A DNA stretch of 32,000 nt, taken from Candidatus Nanoclepta minutus (GTDB lineage Archaea > Nanobdellota > Nanobdellia > Nanobdellales > Nanobdellaceae). Each line of letters starts with the position of its first letter. Within the stretch, counting starts at the first letter, position 1. The stretch spans positions 150,001-182,000 of the forward strand of contig MWMI01000001.1 of the NCBI GenBank assembly GCA_003568775.1. The letters are read 5' to 3'. Shown here one piece after another: positions 1 to 6,851 of this stretch. The translations under genes were made by a program, and so were the position numbers. The notes under the pieces are model-generated. The model was not told the DNA's origin. It was given only the letters and a program-made list of their open reading frames with translations, and ran no database searches.

Positions 1-1
1 G

Positions 2-406
2 AGTGAAATATCGGGATCTGGAAGAAGTGCTATCGGTATTGCACTGAGAGTAGCCAACATACGTTTGGATCTAACTGTAAGGAAGGAGATAGATAAATAT
101 GGAAGGGAGAAATATATAGCTTCTGCTCCAACAATAAGTATATACGATAGTGGATATGTGGGAACGGAAATAATTACTATCTACGATCTAGATATTGAGA
201 AGCTGAGTAGGAAGGATGCTAAAATGATTTACGAATTAGGGAGAGAAATAATTGATGGTTGGGAGAAATATGATAAGTCTTCACACAGATTAAAAAATTT
301 CCCAATAGAATACGAAAGTAAAGTATTGGATTTAGTTGGAATATTATCTAAATATATAAAGAAGAAATCTGTTAGAGAAACTTTGGAGAAGGGCTATTCT
401 TTATAG
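2..406 (+). CDS. C-terminal part of an unidentified protein (5' end lies outside the window)
   Basis: The reading frame is open from base 2, with no stop before the listed TTG at 65. Stop TAG at 404-406. No motif I recognise. Confidence 0.45.
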   Translation, partial: SEISGSGRSAIGIALRVANIRLDLTVRKEIDKYGREKYIASAPTISIYDSGYVGTEIITIYDLDIEKLSRKDAKMIYELGREIIDGWEKYDKSSHRLKNFPIEYESKVLDLVGILSKYIKKKSVRETLEKGYSL

Positions 407-1261
407 CTATTCTATATACCTTTCCAATTCAATAATTTTTTCAGGTTTTCCATCAGAATCTTCATCAACTCCATTAATAACTATATAGAAATCTCTAGAT
501 AGATCGAAGTTGTTATATATAAAGTATTTTATTGCAATTTTCGTACCCAAGGCCCTCTTTCCAGCCAATAGGACTATCCTCTTCTCTCCATCGAATGGAT
601 TATTTATATTTGCAATTAGGCTAACTAACTCATCCGAATACCTTTTACCCGTGAAATCGGAATAAATGTCCCAGTTATATTCCTGGAGGAACCTAACCTT
701 TAGGCTTGTATTTATTCTATAGGTTATATAGTTAGCTACGGGTCCTCCAATTAGTATTAAGTTCCCTTTTAGCAGGTTTTCCCTGTTTACATCTATATCC
801 AACCTTATGAAATCATCATGCTTTGTTCTATCAAAGAACCTACCTAGGTAGGATGTTAGGAAGCCAACGTAATGTAGGTCCCTAGAGGATGCAGAAAATG
901 GGCCGTGTGGTATTGGAGAACCAACAACTATTATACAATCAAGGAAACCATCTCTTATAAAAGGTTCTAGATTCTTCCTTTCCGTTTTATGATAGAAGAA
1001 ATCTTCCTTTTCATTTATTATATCATAGTATGCTTTATAGGCCCTGTATTTTACTTTTCCATCAACCCTTACAGTTTCTATAAAATCTATTATCTTCTTA
1101 TTTATATAGTAACTTATCAACTGCTCAGACTTACCCAATTCCCTTGCAATTTCAGATATGCTCATGCTCCTGTTTGATAGGAGGTATAGGATATCCCTCC
1201 CCAACCCGTCTATAACCCTTACCTTCTTAGCAACATACCCTTTATTTTCCTCTATAATCAT
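407..1261 (-). CDS. Winged-helix (ArsR/Lrp-like) transcriptional regulator with an uncharacterised ~200-aa C-terminal domain
   Basis: N-terminal HTH-like stretch GRDILYLLSNRSMSISEIARELGKSEQLISYYINKK. The rest has no motif I recognise. Divergent from the GNAT-glmS cluster. Confidence 0.55.
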   Translation of the reverse strand: MIIEENKGYVAKKVRVIDGLGRDILYLLSNRSMSISEIARELGKSEQLISYYINKKIIDFIETVRVDGKVKYRAYKAYYDIINEKEDFFYHKTERKNLEPFIRDGFLDCIIVVGSPIPHGPFSASSRDLHYVGFLTSYLGRFFDRTKHDDFIRLDIDVNRENLLKGNLILIGGPVANYITYRINTSLKVRFLQEYNWDIYSDFTGKRYSDELVSLIANINNPFDGEKRIVLLAGKRALGTKIAIKYFIYNNFDLSRDFYIVINGVDEDSDGKPEKIIELERYIE

Positions 1262-1282
1262 AAAAAATTAATTTTATAAAAT

Positions 1283-1290
1283 CTTAAATT
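1283..1290 (-). promoter_or_regulatory. TATA-like box (AATTTAAG on the minus strand) 29 nt upstream of the regulator ATG
   Basis: Its position matches the recurrent -29 geometry seen at most gene starts in this window. Confidence 0.4.
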
Positions 1291-1336
1291 ATTTTTTGTA
1301 TTTATCGTATTTATCAAACATATTTTTTAGAAACTA

Positions 1337-1344
1337 TTAAAATA
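1337..1344 (+). promoter_or_regulatory. TATA-like box (TTAAAATA) 29 nt upstream of the GNAT ATG; probable promoter of the GNAT-glmS operon
   Basis: Matches the -29 geometry. The three downstream genes of the cluster lack such a box. Confidence 0.45.
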
Positions 1345-1365
1345 AGGTTTTTAGATAATATAATT

Positions 1366-1704
1366 ATGGGAAGTCTGAATATGGTTGTTGAGGAAGCTGA
1401 TACGAAGTTTTATAGGATATCTATAGAGGAAGATGGCAGGGAGATTGGGAGATGCTATGTATATTTAATAAAGAACGAACTACATGAAGAGCCTTATGCT
1501 TTATTGGAAGATGTCTTTATTGAGGAAGGATATAGGGGGAAGGGTTATGGGACAGAGTTAGTAAAAAAAGCAATAGATCTTGCAAGATCTAAGGGATGCT
1601 ATAAGATTATAGCAACTAGTAGGTTTGAGAGGGAAAGGGTACATAGTTTCTATGAGAACTTGGGCTTTAGGAAATGGGGATATGAATTTAGAATAGACTT
1701 TTAG
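1366..1704 (+). CDS. GNAT-family N-acetyltransferase
   Basis: Acetyl-CoA-binding motif A: VFIEEGYRGKGYGTELVKKAIDLAR. Size of 112 aa is typical. Ends 1 nt before glmS-N. Confidence 0.75.
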   Translation: MGSLNMVVEEADTKFYRISIEEDGREIGRCYVYLIKNELHEEPYALLEDVFIEEGYRGKGYGTELVKKAIDLARSKGCYKIIATSRFERERVHSFYENLGFRKWGYEFRIDF

Positions 1705-1705
1705 G

Positions 1706-2332
1706 ATGTGTGGAATAATTGCAATAATTTCTTCAGAACCTTTTGATGTTTTAGAAGGTTTAGGTAGGTTGAAGAGGATGGAATATAGGGGATACGATTC
1801 CTATGGTTTCTTTTCAGATGGAAAAATCTATAAAAAGGTTGGGAAGATAGATTTAGATGGATTAAACGGAAAAACTAGGATATTCGTTGGACATACGAGA
1901 TGGGCTACACATGGAGGGGTTAATGAAATAAATGCACATCCCCATTTAGATTGTACGGGTAATATAGTAATCGTTCATAATGGTACGATCGATAACTATA
2001 GGGAACTTAGGGAAGACTTAAAGAATAGAGGTCATGTCTTTAGGTCAGAAACAGATTCAGAGATATTTGCTCACTGGTTTGAGGAAGGATTAAAGGATAA
2101 GAGATCTATAAGGGATATAGTTCTAGATATATTTGAGAAATTTAAGGGAACGTATGCTGTTATAGTTTATATAAAGGATTTGAACAAACTGGTAGCGATT
2201 AAGAACGGAAGTCCCTTAGTAGTTGGGTTAGGTAAAGATAAAATATTTATTGCGTCTGATGTATACGCATTCTTGGATGAAACACAGGAGGTTATAATAC
2301 TGGACGACTACGAGTTTTTAGAAATAGGATGA
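1706..2332 (+). CDS. glmS: Glutamine--fructose-6-phosphate aminotransferase, N-terminal class-II glutaminase fragment (split GlmS)
   Basis: Starts MCGII (Cys1 Ntn nucleophile) and has RWATHG and HNG motifs. Stops inside the tail of the glutaminase domain. Confidence 0.85.
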   Translation: MCGIIAIISSEPFDVLEGLGRLKRMEYRGYDSYGFFSDGKIYKKVGKIDLDGLNGKTRIFVGHTRWATHGGVNEINAHPHLDCTGNIVIVHNGTIDNYRELREDLKNRGHVFRSETDSEIFAHWFEEGLKDKRSIRDIVLDIFEKFKGTYAVIVYIKDLNKLVAIKNGSPLVVGLGKDKIFIASDVYAFLDETQEVIILDDYEFLEIG

Positions 2333-3111
2333 GGGCGTTGGTAATCGGTAGGGGAATTCAGGGACAGAGATGGAAGAAAAATTTGGAAGGAAGGTATGAA
2401 GTAGAGATTTATGGTAGAGATTATAGAGAAAAACTAAGGATAGGAAGGAAATACAATATCATAATAATTTCTGTTCCCCATCATGCTTTTAAGGAAGTAT
2501 CAGAAACTTTAAGGAAATATGGAATTTCTGGAGAAAGAGTAATAGTTGAAAAGCCAGGAGCATCTAGTTTTGAAGATTTTAAAGATGTTAAGGAAAACCT
2601 AGAATACGTAAGTGGTAAATTGGAGATGTTCTTACCTTTATATATACAGTATAAGCCCTATATAAATGATGGTATCTTAAAAACTCGGAAGATTACTTAT
2701 ATAACTAAATTAAATCTGGATGAAATACTATATCAAGATGAAAACTTTATATACTTAAAGAGTGGAAGGTGTATAGACCCGAACGTTCTTAGGGATTTAT
2801 ATTTTCATCCAGCAAGCTTATATTCATTTAATTCAGGGATCCTTAGCGGTTTCATCTTAGCTTCAAGGACTGTGAATGGTTTTTATAAGATATACGAGTT
2901 CGAGAATCCTTTTTGTGGTATAAGGATGGTAGTTGGTAGGGATAGGGAAGAATGCAGGACCATAGATAAGGAACCAATCAAATTCGATAACCCTATGAAA
3001 GGACATATAGAGAATGAATACGAAGAACTTTGCTTAGATAAGTTACCAAAGATAATATGGGGAGAGTTGGAAAGAATATTAAGCTTAGATAATATATTAA
3101 ATTCAGCATAG
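2329..3111 (+). CDS. Gfo/Idh/MocA-like NAD(P)-dependent oxidoreductase (C-terminal half divergent), nested between the glmS halves
   Basis: GxGxxG loop (IGRGIQG), a ISVPHHAF segment and the family EKP motif (VIVEKPG). ATGA overlap with glmS-N and a 1-nt gap before glmS-C. Confidence 0.55.
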   Translation: MRALVIGRGIQGQRWKKNLEGRYEVEIYGRDYREKLRIGRKYNIIIISVPHHAFKEVSETLRKYGISGERVIVEKPGASSFEDFKDVKENLEYVSGKLEMFLPLYIQYKPYINDGILKTRKITYITKLNLDEILYQDENFIYLKSGRCIDPNVLRDLYFHPASLYSFNSGILSGFILASRTVNGFYKIYEFENPFCGIRMVVGRDREECRTIDKEPIKFDNPMKGHIENEYEELCLDKLPKIIWGELERILSLDNILNSA

Positions 3112-3112
3112 T

Positions 3113-4186
3113 ATGGAAGTAAAGTTCTTTAATAAGAGAGGAGAAGAAGTAAAGAAGAAACCCCTAAAGTTGAAGTGGGTAGATTTTGATATAAAGAAGG
3201 AATTTGAGCATTTTATGATAAAGGAAATATATGAGCAACCTTTAGTATCAAAGATTTTAATAGATTCCTTAAAGACAGAGCAATCGGATATTGTTAATAA
3301 GTTTTTAGATGAGATAGAGAAGGCAAATAAAATAGTTTTCATTGCAGCTGGATCTTCATATCATTCCTCATTAATGGGAAGTAGGTTGTTAAGGGAATTG
3401 GGGTATGAGGCATATTCTGTATTGGCATCCGAATATAAGGATATGAAATATGATAAAAATACTTTAATAATTGCAGTATCTCAATCTGGAGAAACGATGG
3501 ACGTTATACTGGCTTTAAAGGATTTGAAGGAAAGAGCTAAAAAAGTACTATCAGTAGTAAATGTCCCATACTCTACAATCCAGAGGATTTCCGATAGTTC
3601 ATTAGAGATAAAGGCTGGACCAGAGAAATGCGTTGCTGCTACTAAAACATATACGAACCAGGTAATAGCCTTCCTGTATTTGGCAAATAGATTGGGGATG
3701 AAGGTGAATGTAGAGGAAATACCAGATGAAATAAATAGAACGATAAATATGAACGAAGAAAGGGTAAAGGAGATAGCAAGGGATCTAAAAGAAGAGAGGG
3801 ATATCTTTATTATAGGAAGAGGAATAAATTATTATTCTTCATTGGAAATATCACTAAAGTTAAAGGAGATATCGTATATACATGCGGAAGCATTGGCTGG
3901 GGGAGAATTAAAACACGGTACTTTAGCTTTAATAGAAAAGGGAACAAAGGTTCTAGCATTGAATCCAAGTTGGGATATAGATATAAAGACGAATATAGAG
4001 GAGGTTGCTTCTAGAGGGGGAGTTGTTTATGAGATCCCAAAGGACTTCTATGCTAAGGAATCTTATCCAAACTTCTCCTTATATTCCGTAATAGTAGGTC
4101 AGCTCTTAACGTACTATACAGCAAGGGAGAAGGGTTTACCGATAGACTATCCAAGGAACCTGGCTAAAAGTGTTACTGTAAAGTAA
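3113..4186 (+). CDS. glmS: Glutamine--fructose-6-phosphate aminotransferase, C-terminal isomerase fragment with two SIS domains (split GlmS)
   Basis: HFMIKEIYEQP motif, SQSGET motif and canonical C-terminus PRNLAKSVTVK. The first ~40 aa match the end of the glutaminase domain. Confidence 0.85.
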   Translation: MEVKFFNKRGEEVKKKPLKLKWVDFDIKKEFEHFMIKEIYEQPLVSKILIDSLKTEQSDIVNKFLDEIEKANKIVFIAAGSSYHSSLMGSRLLRELGYEAYSVLASEYKDMKYDKNTLIIAVSQSGETMDVILALKDLKERAKKVLSVVNVPYSTIQRISDSSLEIKAGPEKCVAATKTYTNQVIAFLYLANRLGMKVNVEEIPDEINRTINMNEERVKEIARDLKEERDIFIIGRGINYYSSLEISLKLKEISYIHAEALAGGELKHGTLALIEKGTKVLALNPSWDIDIKTNIEEVASRGGVVYEIPKDFYAKESYPNFSLYSVIVGQLLTYYTAREKGLPIDYPRNLAKSVTVK

Positions 4187-4217
4187 GTAATAAAAGGATA
4201 ACTTTGAATGATATTTT

Positions 4218-4949
4218 ATGTATAATTACCTTAAGGGAACTATCGAGGGATTTTTAGGGAACTTTTATAGGGAAGCTTTCGGTATAGAGAGGACGTTTAA
4301 GGTTAAAGTTAAGGAAGATCCTACACCCTTTATTTCCTATAACTGGATTAATAGGGAAATAAACATACCAATCCTTGTGTTGTTGGATATTTTTGAAGGA
4401 TATCTTGGTAGGGATTTAGACCATATACTAGAAAGGTTTTCTGAAGTCCTTCACGAAAGTATACATGATATCTTTAACTTTGGTAGGGAAAGTAAAGGAT
4501 ACGAGTTATTAACGCAGGAAGGGTTGGCGACTATAATATCGGAAGTCTATTATAGGGTTGGGAAGAGGAATTTAGATAAATTTAGGAACTTTTCAGATTT
4601 CCAAAATTTAATCAGCAAAATGAATAAGGAAATTACTAAAAGCTTTAGAGATAGGGAGGAAATGGAAAAATTGAGGGAAAATATTGTTCTAGATCTTGAA
4701 AGAAGTTACATGAATAATCATCCATTCATAGGGAGATCTGTAATAGATAGATTAAATGAAATATCGGATGATAGTCCATTTAAAGCTTTTGCTCTACACC
4801 GTTTACCGGTTTACCTTATACTAAAGGAATTCAGTATTGAAGATTACTTAAGGGATATAAGGGCTGCCTTAGAGGATAGTGAATTTAAAGAAAGAGTTTT
4901 CTTGAATTATCTATCAACTATAAGGAAGTATCATGAACGATCCTCCTAA
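4218..4949 (+). CDS. Hypothetical protein with an HExxH motif (possible zinc-dependent hydrolase)
   Basis: The only motif is VLHESIHD (HExxH). TAATAAAA box 30 nt upstream. Its 3' end overlaps the convergent GalT-like gene by 32 nt. Confidence 0.4.
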   Translation: MYNYLKGTIEGFLGNFYREAFGIERTFKVKVKEDPTPFISYNWINREINIPILVLLDIFEGYLGRDLDHILERFSEVLHESIHDIFNFGRESKGYELLTQEGLATIISEVYYRVGKRNLDKFRNFSDFQNLISKMNKEITKSFRDREEMEKLRENIVLDLERSYMNNHPFIGRSVIDRLNEISDDSPFKAFALHRLPVYLILKEFSIEDYLRDIRAALEDSEFKERVFLNYLSTIRKYHERSS

Positions 4950-5913
4950 ACTCTTCTGCTGTTTCCTCTGGCGGGACGTTTACAACGAACTCACCATGAT
5001 AGACTTCTAAAAAGCCCATATCATACCTAAACCTTTGTCCTATCCTAAAGATTGGAAGGGTTTTTCCCTCCTTTAGTAGGGAAGTATCTAGGAATACCAT
5101 GTTAAAGTTTTCAAACCTCTCTTCATACTTTATTAGGATTCTATGGAAATCCTTTAGGAATTCCTTTAATTTTATATCTGCCATAAAGAACATACCGAAG
5201 GACTTTACCATTCCCATTATTTCATTGTTCCTAAATGGGGCGAATGGGGAGATTAAAGTATAGTTCTTGTCTTCTTTTATTAACCTCTTTCCAATTTTCC
5301 TTTCAGTTTCCATATAGTCTTCTATAAGGAACCTTTTATTCTCGCTGAAATATTTTTCAGATTTCCTTATAAAGTTTCCTATCGTACCATGCAGATCTTT
5401 CTCTATTATTACTTGAAAATGCAAGTGTTCCTGGCTAGCCCCAGCATAAAAACCTTTGTTTAAGTTAATTAACAGGTATCTATATTCGGGATCTTTTGAA
5501 ACAACGTATTCCCCAATTTCCCTTATTAATAGGATGGAGTTATAGAAATCTTCAAAGCTTAATTTCGAAAATGAAGTTATGTGTTCTTCATAGTTTGGGA
5601 TCAGTACGAAGTGATATTTTGCATAGGGATACTTATTTGGAAAGGCTATTGATCTATAAGATAGAAATCTATCAAAATCTGTAGGTTTTGGAGTTTCTTT
5701 AAATAGATTTTCCTTACAAAATGGACATGGAGAATCCTCTATTTCTTCCCTTATCTTTTTTCTTGGTTTTTTTGATGCATTCTTATTTATCCTTACCCAA
5801 ACATCGGTTAGAGGATCCCTCCTATATTCTATTTTATGTATATGTAGTTCATGATCAATTACGTATCTATTTTCTACTTCATAAGATTCTAAGGTAATTG
5901 GGAGATTATCCAT
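4918..5913 (-). CDS. galT: Galactose-1-phosphate uridylyltransferase-like nucleotidyltransferase (HIT superfamily, GalT branch)
   Basis: CPFC zinc motif and the His-x-His-x-Gln active-site motif (SQEHLHFQV). Confidence 0.65.
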   Translation of the reverse strand: MDNLPITLESYEVENRYVIDHELHIHKIEYRRDPLTDVWVRINKNASKKPRKKIREEIEDSPCPFCKENLFKETPKPTDFDRFLSYRSIAFPNKYPYAKYHFVLIPNYEEHITSFSKLSFEDFYNSILLIREIGEYVVSKDPEYRYLLINLNKGFYAGASQEHLHFQVIIEKDLHGTIGNFIRKSEKYFSENKRFLIEDYMETERKIGKRLIKEDKNYTLISPFAPFRNNEIMGMVKSFGMFFMADIKLKEFLKDFHRILIKYEERFENFNMVFLDTSLLKEGKTLPIFRIGQRFRYDMGFLEVYHGEFVVNVPPEETAEEFRRIVHDTSL

Positions 5914-5921
5914 CCTATTTC

Positions 5922-6851
5922 TTAAGTTCTTTTAACTTTAAAATCTATGCAAAACCTATAAACTCCTGGGGAAATATCCCCAACTCTGGTTATTCCTAAT
6001 ATTTCATATTCAAAACCTATTCTATTAGAGTATTCTTCTAAGATCTTCTCAGCCTCCTCCAAGTAATTCTCCTCGCTTAGGAAGTGGTAAAGGTGTATTA
6101 TACCGCCATCTTTTATCGCTGGAATTGCAACCTCTAGGAATAGATCGGATTCTTTCGGTAGGGGCATGATTATCCTATCGAACTTCTTCTTAAACCTCTC
6201 TTTCCCCTCAAAGAATTCCCTTTCAAGGTATTCTCTAGCTTTCACTCTGTAGTCTATTTTATCTAAGAATATTACCCTGTTTAGTTCAATTGAAGATTCT
6301 ATAGTATCTTCTAGTATTTCCTCCTTGACTATACCATCAGAGTTAGATAGATATTCGATATATGGGACTACATCCCTAACGTCCCCCAAGATAGTTATTA
6401 CATTGTTTGCTTTATTTAACCTAACGTTCTCTAGCCCATACTTTACTGCAAAAGGGTTTAGTTCAACTGAATATATTGTTCTTGCTTTTGAAAACTTTGA
6501 AATATATATTGAATATGGGTTTACACCTGAGAACATTACTAATACATCTTCTCCATCCTTAACATTCCTCGCAATCCTATACCTTTCATTGGATAACCTA
6601 CTAGAATAGTAGCATCTCGCTACATCAACCTTAAACTTAAGTCCGTATTCTATAGCTATTGTCTCCGTCCTGTTCTCTCCATAGAGTAACCTATACCTAG
6701 CTATCCTATAGGGAGGCTCTACTTCCGTTTCCTGTAAGAGTATCGTCCTAACTCCTTTATGTTTTTCAACTATCTTCCTTACATATTCCTCTTCCGAATA
6801 TTTAAGTGGTTTCTTTAAAATTGCAATATCTCCAACTATATCAAAAGCCAT
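5922..6851 (-). CDS. trm5: tRNA (guanine37-N1)-methyltransferase Trm5/Taw-like; lacks the N-terminal D1 domain and carries an internal insertion
   Basis: FDIVGDIAIL start, SAM motif VLVMFSGVNPYSI and catalytic-loop equivalent FDRIIMPLPK (NLPK-type). Start overlaps the MetRS stop by 1 nt. Confidence 0.75.
   Translation of the reverse strand: MAFDIVGDIAILKKPLKYSEEEYVRKIVEKHKGVRTILLQETEVEPPYRIARYRLLYGENRTETIAIEYGLKFKVDVARCYYSSRLSNERYRIARNVKDGEDVLVMFSGVNPYSIYISKFSKARTIYSVELNPFAVKYGLENVRLNKANNVITILGDVRDVVPYIEYLSNSDGIVKEEILEDTIESSIELNRVIFLDKIDYRVKAREYLEREFFEGKERFKKKFDRIIMPLPKESDLFLEVAIPAIKDGGIIHLYHFLSEENYLEEAEKILEEYSNRIGFEYEILGITRVGDISPGVYRFCIDFKVKRT

Noticed and set aside
2320-3125. Short similar junction sequences (ATAGgATG at 2324-2331 and ATAGtATG at 3108-3115) taken as target-site duplications of a mobile insertion in glmS.
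   Set aside because: The match is only 7 of 8 nt and consists of stop and start codon context (TAG/TGA plus ATG). That is too short and too constrained by coding function to indicate a mobile-element footprint.
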